DNA of 64,000 nucleotides from Ignavibacteriota bacterium (GTDB lineage: Bacteria > Bacteroidota > Ignavibacteria > Palsa-1295), in contig CAWBEI010000002.1 of assembly GCA_963787835.1 (NCBI GenBank), positions 1,792,001 through 1,856,000 on the forward strand. Direction: 5' to 3'. Position 1 is the first letter of the stretch; each line of letters opens with the position of its first letter. Positions 39,030 through 51,052 of this stretch are shown here, piece after piece. Below the pieces are notes generated by a model. That model made no database searches. It saw only the letters and a program-made list of their open reading frames with translations, and had not been told where the DNA came from. Made by a program: the position numbers and the translations under genes.

Positions 39030-40058
39030 ATGAAAAAGCAAGAATTATTTTCCAAAACGGTCGAGCATATCGACATAAAAAAGATGAATGCCGTGCCGAT
39101 GGTCGAAGCCATGGGGCACATGGCCTTTCAGGCTCGCAATCTTAACCGCGCCGCACAAATTTTCAATATGATGATCGAAGAGAAAGGCTGTTCGGTCATT
39201 ATGTGCCTTGCCGGTTCGCTGATTAGTGCGGGCTTGAAGCAGGTTATTATCGATCTCATCGAAAACCGCATGATCGATGCCATTGTCTCGACGGGCGCGA
39301 ACATCGTCGATCAGGATTTCTTCGAGGCGCTTGGTTTCCGGCATTACCAGGGATCGCAATATCTCGATGATAACACCTTGCGCGATCTCTCCATCGACCG
39401 CATTTACGATACGCTTATCGATGAGGATGAGCTCCGCGTCTGCGATCACACGATCGGCGAAATTGCCGATTCGCTCGAACATCGCCCGTATTCATCACGC
39501 GAATTCATCTGGGAGATGGGAAAATTTTTAGAGGAGCGCCATCCCGAAGCGAATTCCATCGTGCTCACGGCGTTCCGGAACGATGTTCCGATCTTCGTTC
39601 CCGCCTTCAGCGATTGCAGCGCCGGCTTCGGACTCGTCATGCACCAGACCGCGCATCCGGACGAGCACGTTTCGCTCGACTCCGCAAAAGATTTCCTCGA
39701 ACTCACCCGCTTGAAGCTTGTGAGTAAAGAAACGGGCTTGCTCATGATCGGTGGGGGAGTGCCGAAGAATTTCGCGCAGGATATCGTCGTCGCCGCAGAA
39801 TTGCTCGGTGAAGATGCGCCGATGCACAAATACGCCATTCAAATTACTGTTGCCGATGAGCGTGATGGAGCGTTGTCCGGCTCGACACTTCGCGAAGCCT
39901 CGTCATGGGGGAAGGTTTCTACGTCTTATGAACAGATGGTCTATTGCGAAGCAACCGTTGCATTGCCCTTGCTTGCAAGTTATGCCTACCACAAAGGCGC
40001 TTGGAAATCGCGCGAAGCCCGTAAGCTGGCGCTGAATTTTGAGAATGTAATGGCTTAA
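39030..40058 (+). CDS. Deoxyhypusine synthase-like protein (probable homospermidine synthase)
   Basis: Motifs VSTGAN, DRIYD, IGGGVPKNF, DGALSGS..EASSWGK. Confidence 0.9.
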   Translation: MKKQELFSKTVEHIDIKKMNAVPMVEAMGHMAFQARNLNRAAQIFNMMIEEKGCSVIMCLAGSLISAGLKQVIIDLIENRMIDAIVSTGANIVDQDFFEALGFRHYQGSQYLDDNTLRDLSIDRIYDTLIDEDELRVCDHTIGEIADSLEHRPYSSREFIWEMGKFLEERHPEANSIVLTAFRNDVPIFVPAFSDCSAGFGLVMHQTAHPDEHVSLDSAKDFLELTRLKLVSKETGLLMIGGGVPKNFAQDIVVAAELLGEDAPMHKYAIQITVADERDGALSGSTLREASSWGKVSTSYEQMVYCEATVALPLLASYAYHKGAWKSREARKLALNFENVMA

Positions 40059-40082
40059 TGTTAAGCGTCTCACATTTTAAGA

Positions 40083-40211
40083 TGTCATTGCGAGGAGAAC
40101 ATTCGAAGCGGAGCGGAGAATGTTCGACGAAGCAATCTCAATCTCGAAGTGAAGAGATTGCTTCGTCGAAGACGAAAGGCTGTCGCCTTTCATCTTCTCC
40201 TCGCAATGACA
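40083..40211. repeat. GTCAT-type REP/MITE-like palindromic element
   Basis: Outer IR TGTCATTGCGAGGAGAA/TTCTCCTCGCAATGACA; inner IR TTCGACGAAGCAATCTC/GAGATTGCTTCGTCGAA. Confidence 0.88.
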
Positions 40212-40221
40212 GGAACACACA

Positions 40222-41184
40222 ATGATCATTCTCACGGGCGGAGCCGGATTCATTGGTAGCGTATTGTTGCGTAAGCTCAATGAGGCTGGGCATAAGGATG
40301 TGCTCGTGGTCGATACCGCAGCAATGGAACATTCCCCTAATTTGCGCGGGAAACAGTACCGGTATGTTGAGCGGGATGCGTTATTCGATTTCCTAAAAAC
40401 AGTAAAGCCCTCGGACGTTGAAGCCGTACTTCATATAGGAGCGATCACATCCACGACCGAAACCGATAAGGCGCTGCTCGACAAATATAATTTCAATTAT
40501 AGCAAACAGCTTGGGGAGTGGGCATTCGAGCATGGTATCCGATTTATCTACGCTTCCAGCGCCGCAACGTATGGCGACGGAACCCTCGGTTTTTCGGATG
40601 CTAATGAGATGACTCCGAAGCTCAAGCCGCTCAATCTCTATGGTGAATCGAAACGCGAGTTCGATGCGTGGCTGATCCAGAACGGGTATGATACTCGTGC
40701 CTGTGGATTCAAATTCTTCAACGTCTTCGGTCCGAATGAATATCATAAGGACGCAATGGCAAGCCTTGTGTTCAAAGCCTACCATCAGATCTTGGAAACA
40801 GGAGTGATATGTCTGTTCAAATCCGCCGATCCGCGCTATAAGGACGGCGAATTCAAGCGGGATTTTATTTATGTGATGGATGCCGTCGATGTGCTGATGT
40901 GGTCGCTCGAACATCCCGAAGCGAATGGCATTTTTAATCTTGGCACCGGTCATGCGCGCTCGTGGAATGACCTTGCAGCTTCGATGTTTAGTGCCATGAG
41001 CGTCCAGCAAAACATTGTGTATATCGATATGCCTGAAAATATTCGGCCGGCATATCAATATTTCACAGAAGCAGATATGTCGAAGTTACGTAATGCCGGA
41101 TATACAAAGCCATTTGAAGCACTTGAAGATTCTGTACGCGATTACGCTCGGAATTATCTCATGAAGCCAAATCCCTATTATTGA
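40222..41184 (+). CDS. hldD: ADP-L-glycero-D-manno-heptose 6-epimerase
   Basis: Motifs TGGAGFIGS, YASSAATYG, YGESK, FFNVFGPNEYHK..MAS, YQYFTEAD. Confidence 0.95.
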   Translation: MIILTGGAGFIGSVLLRKLNEAGHKDVLVVDTAAMEHSPNLRGKQYRYVERDALFDFLKTVKPSDVEAVLHIGAITSTTETDKALLDKYNFNYSKQLGEWAFEHGIRFIYASSAATYGDGTLGFSDANEMTPKLKPLNLYGESKREFDAWLIQNGYDTRACGFKFFNVFGPNEYHKDAMASLVFKAYHQILETGVICLFKSADPRYKDGEFKRDFIYVMDAVDVLMWSLEHPEANGIFNLGTGHARSWNDLAASMFSAMSVQQNIVYIDMPENIRPAYQYFTEADMSKLRNAGYTKPFEALEDSVRDYARNYLMKPNPYY

Positions 41185-41917
41185 CCGGAGAACTATTACC
41201 AATGGAGATCAAAGTATTTTCGAATATCGAAGAGTTGAGCGCCACCGTCGCGAGCGCGATCTCTATCTTAGCACGCCAGGCCATTGCCGAACGTGGCCGA
41301 TTCACCATTGCGCTCTCTGGCGGTAAAACACCACGTGCGCTCTATGAAATAGTAGCCAAAGAGTATTCCATTACCATCGATTGGTCGCGGGTGCATCTAT
41401 TCTGGAGCGATGAGCGGAATGTTCCTCACAGCGATCAGGAAAGCAATTTTCGCATGGCGAAAGAAGCACTGCTCGACCCCATCGATATTCCATTGGAGAA
41501 CGTGCATGCGGTTCCCATTCTCATGAATGATACGGCCGAAGCGGTTGCTGCCCGTTATGCGGCTGTTCTACAAGAGAGTTTTGGCCAGCAAATTCCGGAA
41601 TTCGATCTTATTCTTCTTGGCATCGGCAAGGATGGCCACACTGCATCGCTGTTCCCAGGCATGACGGAGGATGCCATGACCAAAGGGTTTGTGATCGCGA
41701 CCCAATCGCCGATCCCGCCTATCGAGCGCGTTTCCATGACGTTGTTTGTCATCAATAATGCTCGGAATGTTTATTTTCTGGTATCCGGTGAAGAGAAAAA
41801 ACAAATATTGAAATCGGTGCTTGCTGACGAAGGGAATGCCGAGACGAAGTATCCGGCTGCCGCGTCCATCCACGCGGCGAGCTCGTGTGGTTTGTCGATG
41901 AAGCAGCAATGAGTTAG
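41181..41917 (+). CDS. pgl: 6-phosphogluconolactonase (apparent frameshift near 41862)
   Basis: Motifs ALSGGKTP, FWSDER, LLGIGKDGHTASLFP. The expected tail RVHPRGELVWFVDEAA continues in another frame to TAG 41917. Confidence 0.9.
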
Positions 41918-41949
41918 AGTGTACGCCGGGTTTTAACCCGGTGTACACT
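41918..41949. repeat. Short palindrome (REP-like or terminator)
   Basis: AGTGTACGCCGGG-TTTTAA-CCCGGTGTACACT. Confidence 0.55.
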
Positions 41950-42014
41950 TATTGTTCAATGAATTAATCTTCAAACTTGCACTTCTTCCTCTCGATCGTG
42001 GTTGATAAACAACC

Positions 42015-45000
42015 ATGTCCGAATTCATTCATCTCCACAACCACACTTACTATTCGCTCTTAGACGGTGCGTGCAGCATCACGGGCTTGGTCGAGGCTGC
42101 AAAGACGAACGGGATGCGATCCGTTGCGCTGACGGATCATGGTGTGCTCTTCGGCGCGTTCGAGTTTTACAAGACAGCGAAGGCCAATGGCGTCAAGCCC
42201 ATCATCGGGTGTGAAGTGTATTTTGTGAACGATGGTCTTGCAACAGATCGCGAGAGGTTTCAGGATGCCGAAGGCAAGAACAAGGCATACAATCATCTCA
42301 TCTTGCTCGCAAAGAATGAGACAGGCTATCAGAATCTGATGAAGCTTGTTACGCTCGGGCATACCGAGGGTTTTTACTACAAACCTCGCATTGATTTTGA
42401 CATGCTGCAAGAGCATCACGAGGGGCTTATCGCAACAACGGCGTGTGCAGGTGGCATTATAAGCCCGCATTTCATCTCCGGCGATTATGAAAAGGCAAAG
42501 CGCATCGCAACAAAGTTCAAGAATCTGTTCGAGGATGATTTTTATATCGAAATACAGGATCACGGACTTGCTCCGGAAGTGAAAGTGCGTGAAGCCGCGC
42601 CGAGACTTGCGCGGGAACTCGGCATAAAGCTTGTTGCTACGAATGATTGCCACTACATCGAACAGCGACATGCCGTCGCGCATAACGTTCTGCTGCATAT
42701 TCGTGATGCCGGTGGAAAAGATACGCCGGATGTCAACAAACTCAAGTACGGCACCGACCAAAATTATTTCCGCAGTGCGAAGGAGATGCTCAAGCTCTTC
42801 GCCCAATGGCCGGAAGCTATCGAAACGACGCTGGAGATCGAAGAGAAATGCAATGTCTCGTTCTCGAAAGATCTGAAAATGCCTGCATTTCCCATTCCAG
42901 CAGATTCCGGGGCGACGACCCTTGAAGAATATCTCGACCACCTGACGAAAACGGGCCTCGACCGCAGATTCAGCGGCACAATGACCCGCGAGATCGAAGA
43001 GCGTACCGCTTTTGAGCTTGGCGTCATCAACAAGATGGGCTATGCAGGGTATTTCCTCATCGTGCAGGATTTCATTGCCGCCGCAAGGAAGATGGGTGTC
43101 AGTGTTGGCCCAGGACGAGGTTCTGCGGCGGGTTCGCTTGTGGCATACGCGCTTGGCATTACGAATGTCGATCCGATCAAGTATAATCTGCTCTTCGAGC
43201 GCTTCCTGAATCCTGAACGCGTTTCGATGCCCGATATAGACATCGATTTCTCCGACGATAAACGCGAGAAGGTCATCGAGTATGTTCGTGATAAATATGG
43301 CCGGAATTCCGTTGCGCAGATCATTACATTCTCCACGCTTTCGGCTCGTGCGGTTCTAAAGGATGTGGGGCGCGTGCTTGGTGTTCCGCTTGCCACGATC
43401 AACGAGCTGACGAAGAACATTCCCGTCATCATGGGCCGCGTAACGCCGCTTGCAGAGGCTATTGAATTGCCGGAAGTGAAGGCGATCCTGGCGAAGGGCG
43501 ATCCACTGGTTGCTAAGCTTCATCGAGCATTCATTGATCCTGGAAGGCTTCGCACGTTCGGCTTCGAAACATGCGGCGGGCGTGGTGATCGCTCCGAGCG
43601 ATATTTCGAATTACGTTCCGCTCTACAAAACACCATCGCTGGACGACGCTGTTACGCAGTTCAACATGAAGGATGTCGAGGAGGCCGGCCTTCTCAAGAT
43701 GGACTTCCTCGGTCTGCGCACACTTTCCATCATCGACAGCACACTCGCGCTTATCGAGCAAAACCATGGCATCAAGATCGACATCGATCAGATCCCGCTC
43801 GACGATCCCGATGATCCAACAGTGAAGAAGACGTTCGAGCTATTTGGCAGAGGCGATACTATCGGCGTGTTCCAGTTCGATTCGCCGCCCATGCAGAACT
43901 ACATGCGCGCGCTGAAACCCGAGAACATGGAGGATCTTTCTTCCATGAATGCGCTCTACCGTCCCGGCCCAATGGAATTTATTCCTGAGTTCATCGAGCG
44001 CAAACATGGGCGGAAAAAAGTAGAATATCTGCATCCGAAGCTGGAGCCGATCTTAGCAGAAACGTATGGCGTCGTTGTGGTGCAGGAGCAGGTAATGCGT
44101 ATTGCGCGCGATCTCGCGGGATTCTCGCTGGCAAAAGCGGATGAAATGCGCCGCGCGATGGGCAAGAAGGATCTTCACAAGATGGAGGCAATGAAAGAAG
44201 CCTTCATACAAGGGTGCGTTGCGAATGGAATTTCAGACAAGGTCTCGAAAGAATTATTCGATCGGCTTGCGAAATTCGCATCCTATGGATTCAATAAGTC
44301 GCATAGCCTTGCGTATTCGCTTATTAGTTACCAAACGGCGTGGCTGAAAGCGAACTATACGTCAGAGTTCCTCGCGGCGAACATGACGCACGAGATGAAC
44401 GACGCCGATTACGTCGTTCAGCTTATCGACGAGGCAAAGAAATATAATATCCGCACCCTTCCGCCGGATGTGAACCTGAGTTACTCTTATTTTACTGCTA
44501 CGCAGGAAGGCATTCGCTTCTGCCTTGCGGGAATTAAGAGCGTCGGCGAAAAAGCGGTTGATGAGATCGTCCGGGAGCGAGCGAAGAACGGACGGTTCAC
44601 TTCGCTCTTTGATTTTACTTCCCGGCTCGATACACGTTTGGTGAACAAACGCGCCATCGAAGCAATGGTCGAAGCCGGTGCGTTCGATTCCTGTAACGAT
44701 GATAAGCGCGTTACGCCGCGTACCGCTCCGATCTGTTCGAAAATATCGAGCGCGCATTACAGTATGGGCAGAAAGTCCGCGACGAAGCAAAAAGCCCCCA
44801 GGATTCCCTGTTTGGTGGCAGTGACACGAATCAGGTTCCTGCTCCGCCGCCCATCACGGATGCCGTCCATCGCTGGACAGAACTGGAAATGCTCTCCCAT
44901 GAGAAAAAGGCCGTCGGCTATTACATCAGCGGACACCCCCTCGAACCATACCGCATCGACGTAATGAGCTTTGTTACCCATAAAGCGATCGAGATCAACA

Positions 45001-45521
45001 ATACCAAACAAAATGACGTCGTGCTCGTCGGCGGAGTGATCGTCGGGCTGACACGCAAGCTCGACCGGAACGGGAATGCGTTTGCCATCGTAAAATTAGA
45101 AGATTTTACGGGTAAGATCGAGTGCGTATTCTGGAGCGAGGCATTTCGGCAATACCAGCAATTCGTGGTCGATGAAAAACCGCTGTTTCTGCGAGGAAAA
45201 GTGCGTAGGAATGGCCCGGATGAAGCGCCGACGGTGATTGTCGAGGAAGCTTATGAGATCCCTGCAATGCGTAAACGCATGACGCGAGGTGTGCTGGTGC
45301 GCCTCTTCGAAGGCGAGGATGCCAGGCCGACCGTCGAGCAGGTCGAAAAGCTGTGTACGCGGTTTCACGGTACGTGTACCACATTTATATCTGTTGAAAC
45401 AGCGGCTGGTGTTAGCCGTAAATATAGACTGCCGGAAAAATATAAAGTTGAACCGGGCGATGATCTGGTTCGCGAGTTCGGCAAAGTGTTTGGAATGAAC
45501 AGGCTTTTATTTACGAGATAG
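42015..45521 (+). CDS. dnaE: DNA polymerase III alpha subunit (two apparent frameshifts, ~43520 and ~44720)
   Basis: PHP domain HLHNHTYYSLLDG, GPGRGSAAGS, MPDIDIDF, KMDFLGL, YGFNKSH and an OB fold, spread over three consecutive frames. Confidence 0.95.
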
Positions 45522-45529
45522 GTGATATT

Positions 45530-45868
45530 ATGACTACAACTATGACGGGACCCCTCCACCTGACGGACGCAACGTTCGATAAGGATGTTTTAAAGAATGA
45601 TAAACCGGTGCTCGTCGATTTTACTGCGACCTGGTGCGGCCCCTGCCGCATGATCGCCCCGATCATCGAAGAGCTTGCCTCGGAATACGATGGCAAAGCG
45701 ACGATCGGCAAGTTAGATGTCGATGAGAATCCGGAGACTTCCATGAATTTCGGTATTCGCTCCGTTCCGACGCTCCTTATTTTCAAGGGAGGTCAGGTCG
45801 TCGATCAAATTATCGGCGCAACGGGTAAGGAAAAGATTCTTGCCAAGCTTCGGCCGCACATGGCATGA
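45530..45868 (+). CDS. trxA: Thioredoxin
   Basis: WCGPC active site. Confidence 0.97.
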   Translation: MTTTMTGPLHLTDATFDKDVLKNDKPVLVDFTATWCGPCRMIAPIIEELASEYDGKATIGKLDVDENPETSMNFGIRSVPTLLIFKGGQVVDQIIGATGKEKILAKLRPHMA

Positions 45869-45892
45869 TCCGAACCTGGATTACGCGGATAG
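45869..45892 (+). repeat. Partial solo copy of the GxxExxY-flanking repeat
   Basis: TCCGAACCTGGATTACGCGGATAG versus TCTGAACCTGGATGACGCGGAT. Confidence 0.7.
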
Positions 45893-45897
45893 AAATT

Positions 45898-45932
45898 AAA
45901 GAGGGCGTTTGCAATTGCAAACGCCCTCTTTT
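45898..45932 (+). terminator. Intrinsic terminator after trxA
   Basis: AAAGAGGGCGTTTGC-AATT-GCAAACGCCCTCTTTT. Confidence 0.8.
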
Positions 45933-45952
45933 GTTATACACTTTTCGAGAAC

Positions 45953-46097
45953 TGTCATCCTGAGCGGAGTTCGTTTCGACGAAGGAGAAACGAACGGAGT
46001 CGAAGGATCTTTGTCATGCAAGAGATCCTTCGACTTCGCAAAACTCCGCCGCATCGTCGCCGATGCTTCGCTCCGTTTTGCTACGCTCAGGATGACA
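45953..46097. repeat. GTCAT-type REP/MITE-like palindromic element
   Basis: Outer IR TGTCATCCTGAGCG/CGCTCAGGATGACA; inner IR GTCGAAGGATCT/AGATCCTTCGAC. Confidence 0.88.
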
Positions 46098-46123
46098 TGC
46101 ATTCCTGAGCATAGCAATCGTCG

Positions 46124-48441
46124 TCAATGTGTCACTACCAACTTCTTCGTCAGCGTAGCGCCACTGGCTACCACTCGGAGGTAGTACGTTCCCGGCGGGA
46201 GTTGGCTGACGTCAAGCGTGTAATCATGATCGCCAGCCGGGATGGTGCCATTCATCACAGTCATGCTGGTGCGCCCGAGGACATCGAGGAGCGTCATCTG
46301 CACCCGGTCGAACGTGCCGGTCGTAAGAACGATCTGCGCTTCCTGATTCATCGGGTTCGGGACGACGGAGACATCCAGAGATTGCGGTACGCTCGATGGC
46401 GAAACACCAGCAGTCGAGCAGGATATGGTTTGCGTTTTCGGACAGGTTGACCCGTTCGAATATGTCGATACCTGTACGCTGGAAGATTTCGATCCACCGG
46501 TATTATATTCAACATAGAATCTCTGGGATAGTCCTGGCGTGAGAGAGCCGGTAAATACTACGCTGCTTCCTCCGGGCAGAATGCTTTGCGCCCACAAGGT
46601 CGGGGGAATGGCCGATGCGATAGTCCAGCCGCCTGATGGAGTAACAACCACGCTGTCGATCTCGGCGCCGCCTTGCCGTAAGTTCAGGACAACGATCGTA
46701 TCCGAGCAAAATGAAGTATCTACGATATGACGAATAGAATCACACACCAACGGCGGACTGCAACCGGGTACGTTAAGTGTATAGGCCGTTTGCACCTCGT
46801 TGTGATTTTGCGGAGTCGATCGGGGTCCATGAAAGCGTCCAGGACGCATTGATCTGGGCGGGATCGATGCAGAAATGGATCGTATCGTAGCTGCCGGTTC
46901 TTAGGTAACCGCTGGCTCCGGAAAGATTCGTGAAACGCAGGGTGTTATTTCCAGGTGCGGAGGGCGACCACCCGTCGCTCGCGGAGTAACACGATGCCCC
47001 GGGCAGGGAATGTTCCTGAGGTCAGAGGCATCTGTAAGGAGATCGCGTTAATGCTCGACGTTGGATGGGTATGCGCGTTCTTTACGCGTAGCGTGTAAGA
47101 ACAATCCGAACCGACGTCGATCCACGATGAGTCAGGCTGGGTACTGCTGCAGGAAATGGTATCGGTGCCGCTCGATAAAAATGTAGAGGCCGTTGTACCC
47201 GTAGAATCCGTCCATTTAACGAATACATTTTCACCGGGATTTGGGTCAGAGATCGAAGCTCCCAGCGTCCATATCGTCCCACCTTGTTGGGCATACTGCG
47301 GATCGGTCATATATCTGGGGACCTCAAAGAAATGAAGGGTGTCCGTTCCCACGCCGCTGTACTGCCATGTTCCTGTAATGGCCTGTGGTGGCAGCGTAGC
47401 TGAAGCCCATGTTACACCGGGATTGGTAATGATAAAATTCCAGCTCGTGACCGTCGATACGCTGTCGCCAGCATCGCCGCTGTGATAATTCTTTGCATTC
47501 ATCCCAAAACCGCACTCGCCAGTGTTGACGAAAGTCAAACTGTCAGCATTGGTGCCGTCAGAACAGGCTTGTGGGGTAACAGGAAGATTCCGTGTCGTAT
47601 CTCGGTCGATAGTGGCACCGCAGCTATAGGCGGTCCACACGAATGAGAATGAATCGACATTGGGATTTGCGCGAATAGTGACGAGAAACCCGCTAAGATT
47701 GCCTTTATATGGTATTTGGTACGAACTTCCGCAGGGTGTACTGAAATAAGCAGCGGATTGTGTTACCGAATCGACCCCCCATCCCGTTGGCGGCTGAATT
47801 TCTGAAGGCAGCATAGAGCCAGCGGTTGAGCCAACCAATTCGAATTTCATATTCGTAATCGTTTGTTGGACCCCGTTATTATTGAACACATTTAAATTAA
47901 ACCGTGGGCTGCATCCAAGCGTAGAGACGGTACCACCAACGGAATCGAACGAGCAGTTACCTTGAAATAGTGTGGGAATGACCACAAAGGTCATCTGATT
48001 CACAACCATCCCACCGGCAAGCGTCGTAAGATGAATAGTTAAAGGATGATCGAATCGATCGTAGGGAAATGGAGTTCCTCCCAAGCCACCTAATAGAAAG
48101 TAGAAGCCGGTGTCATTGATCCCCGGTGCAATACCTCCTCCGTTTAGAGGTGCAAATATAAGACTGTCGTTGAGACTGTCGGTAGTATTATCCCAGCCGT
48201 CTTTCTCAGCCGCGCAACACTCAGAGGCGCCTGCAAATCCAACGCTATCTGACGGATCGATCCAAAGTATAATTTCATTAACGAATTCATTATGCCAATT
48301 TAGATACCCAAAATCCCAGCCCGGATCGCTGTAGCAATCCGGAGAGATGAACAGCGTATCGGATTTCTGCGCGCTGGCCATTCGGGGCGCAATGAGGGAG
48401 AGGGTCAGAAGAAGGAGTGGGATGATCCGTGCAGGCTTCAT
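46124..48441 (-). CDS. Large secreted Cys-containing beta-rich protein with T9SS-type C-terminal domain (apparent frameshifts ~47003 and ~46810)
   Basis: Signal peptide MKPARIIPLLLL...ASAQ; a plausible intermediate frame links the two listed ORFs; C-terminus VPNP..DVLGR..LPPGTYYLRV..KKLVVTH. Confidence 0.75.
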
Positions 48442-48662
48442 GGTAGTTAAGCAATAAGGATAAAACGCATCAATGGAAACAATGCAATGGAGATGCTCAT
48501 TATTAAACAATCCGTCGAGATAGGAATTGTTACACCTCCATTCGCAAAAATAAGAGATTCTTACGAGACGATTAACGAATCTACAATAATCTAACTATGA
48601 TCGGCCCGTTTCCGCTCCCGATGCTTAAGGGCGGTGACTGGTCACCGTGACCATGGCAGTTT

Positions 48663-50403
48663 CTACTTCTTCTGCCACCAACGAAGATCTATGATGGGGA
48701 AGGGTCGGTCTGTGCCCCTAACTTCCTGTAGAAAATTAGAATCAGCTTCTTGAAGAACCTTGGCTGCATCGAAGTTCTCGACAATATTCAGCAACCGCTC
48801 AAGAATTTCAGCATGTTCGGCAAAGCGCATTTTGGAATACTCTATCGCGCCTTGAGTGGATATCACGAACGGCCAGTCGCTGGATTCCAGCAACAATAGT
48901 TCGCGGGCTGCTTGCTTCATAATTTGGGATAGTGCCGGAATATCTCCCCAAATTCTGGAATGAAGGATTTTCAGGAACCGGTCTTCGAGCGGGTAGATGA
49001 CATCCCACATCCAGGCCACTTCGTGGTTCGTCCAGACGAAATGATGTCCGCCTTCGCCCCAGGATCCTTCCGGCAGAGAAATAGTGACCCGTGGGGCGGA
49101 GTAGGTGTCCAGGGCTTCGGCACAGTCTATAAGCTTGATCTCATCTTCTGAAGACATCAGCCGCATGACTTTTTCTATAAATCGGGGTCCTTCGTACCAC
49201 CAATGTCCGAATAGTTCCGTGTCGAACGGTGCGGCGAGAATGCCGGGAGCGTTATGCTTGCCGGCATGATCTGCGAGTTCGGTTCGAACGGCGAACAAAA
49301 TCCTTTGCATCGAGATCCAACTGCCGTTCTGTTTCCTCCGGCAGATAGGGAAGTTTATCGGCAAGGTCGGCGCGGACTCCGGTAACTTTCCAATAGCGCA
49401 GACCGGAATTATGATGCTTCTTATGAAAATCGAGGTACATCCCGGCACCGGGATACCCCATATCTGCTGCCCATACGCGCGAGGCGCTCTGCGGGTCTCG
49501 TGAGAATACGGCAGGGGAGCGTGTTGCTGTATTGGTGGCAGCTCTCGAAGAATCTACCCAATAAATATCTGTGAGGGAACGGTTCGGATCGTTCTGGAGC
49601 AGCGGCTCACCATCGGCGCCGGTCTCAGCGAGATACTGCTGATGAATGCGTTCTCCTAAGGGCTGGTAGGCCGGGATCGTTATTCCGCCGCGCGTTAGCG
49701 ATCCATCGACCACAAAATATTCCAGTCCTGCTTCAGCGACTAATTCTTCGACACCCGCGCGCATTTCGCTCGAATGCCTGTACGCTTCCGGCCCTACCGG
49801 TGGCGACCAGTTGTATCGCGGGCGGTAGCCACACTCCGGCAGCCAGATCCCGCGCGGACGCTTACCGAAATGCTGCTCATGCGTCTCGATGGCGCAGTTG
49901 ATCTGCCCGCGAATACTATCGTCGCGAAGCAAAAGCGGAAAATACCCATGCGTTGCGCCGCAGGTCATGGCGTCGAGCACGCCGCTGTCCGATAACCGCC
50001 GGAACCCGGAAACGATGTTGCATTGATATTTTTCAACGAACAGCTTTTTCGTGGTTGAGTAAAATTCCCTCCAGTATTCTGCAAGCGGCTGCAGATGCTG
50101 TTCGCCTTGTTTTGCGAAATAAAGGTAATCTTGTTCCGCGGCCTCGATCTTTTCATGGCAATACTCGATGAACACGGTCGCAAAATCCGGATCGGCTAAT
50201 TGTTCGAGATCGATGGGCGAAAAATCCATCGAGATTTTAGGTGACAGACCCTCGGCCTGAAGACGTTCGAGAACACCTAAGATCGGGATGTAGCACTCCG
50301 CCGCAGCTTCCGAAAGCCAATCGGAGCCGTGCGGCCATTTCCCGTGATGCAGCACATAGGGAAGATGGGTGTGAAGGATAAATGTGAACGATCCGAGAAC
50401 CAC
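48663..50403 (-). CDS. GH57 family 1,4-alpha-glucan branching enzyme (DUF1957), apparent frameshift ~49293
   Basis: Motifs LHTHLPYV, ATHGYFPL, GIWLPECGY, then PFDTELFGHWWYEG and ARELLLLESSDWPF in the next frame. Confidence 0.92.
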
Positions 50404-50412
50404 GGTTTACTT

Positions 50413-50649
50413 GATTTTGAGGATTAAGGCAGGATGGATTGGAGGGATAACAATGAATGAAGGTGAAGTATCAAATATGAAAACGTTATCGCACGATTTT
50501 TATTTGTCATTCCCGCAAAAGTGGGAATCCAGGTTTGGATTGTCGCGAAGTTTGGCTCTGGATTCCCGCTTTCGCGGGAATGACACTGCAACTCAGACAA
50601 CTAATCCTCGTAGTAATCTTAAAATCCATCCTGCTTAATCCGCAAAATC
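50413..50649. repeat. MITE-like element with ~27-bp terminal inverted repeats enclosing a GTCAT-type palindrome (50505-50585)
   Basis: Outer GATTTTGAGGATTAAGGCAGGATGGATT / AATCCATCCTGCTTAATCCGCAAAATC; inner TGTCATTCCCGC..GGGAATCCAG / CTGGATTCCC..GCGGGAATGACA. Confidence 0.8.
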
Positions 50650-50658
50650 CAGTAAATC

Positions 50659-51045
50659 GTGGTCAAGAAAACACCAGAAGAATGGCAGAGGGAGTTAACT
50701 CCTGAACAATATCGCGTAATGCGCGAAAAGGGTACCGAGCGTCCGTATAGCGGCGAGTATGAATCGTTCTGGGAGGACGGTATCTATAAATGCGGAGCCT
50801 GCGGCGCACCGCTCTTCGAGAGCGAAACGAAATTCGATGCCGGCTGCGGCTGGCCCAGTTTTTACGCGCCGAAAGCCAACGCCCAAATCGAGGAGCATAA
50901 AGATCGCTCGCTTGGCATGACACGCACCGAAGTGACCTGCGCCAATTGTGGTGCGCACTTAGGTCATGTTTTCAACGATGGTCCCGCGCCGACCGGTCTG
51001 CGCTATTGCATTAACTCCGTTTCGCTCGATTTTGAGAAGAAGTAA
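50659..51045 (+). CDS. msrB: Peptide-methionine (R)-S-oxide reductase
   Basis: Motifs GTERPYS, Cxx[22 protein letters not shown]. Confidence 0.97.
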   Translation: MVKKTPEEWQRELTPEQYRVMREKGTERPYSGEYESFWEDGIYKCGACGAPLFESETKFDAGCGWPSFYAPKANAQIEEHKDRSLGMTRTEVTCANCGAHLGHVFNDGPAPTGLRYCINSVSLDFEKK

Positions 51046-51052
51046 GAGAAGC

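Noticed and set aside
42015-45521. Split/intein-containing dnaE or programmed frameshifting
   Set aside because: No intein termini or slippery sites; the frames join by single-base indels like those in neighbouring genes.
50659-51045. Selenocysteine-containing MsrB
   Set aside because: The catalytic residue is encoded as Cys (TGC) and there is no in-frame TGA.
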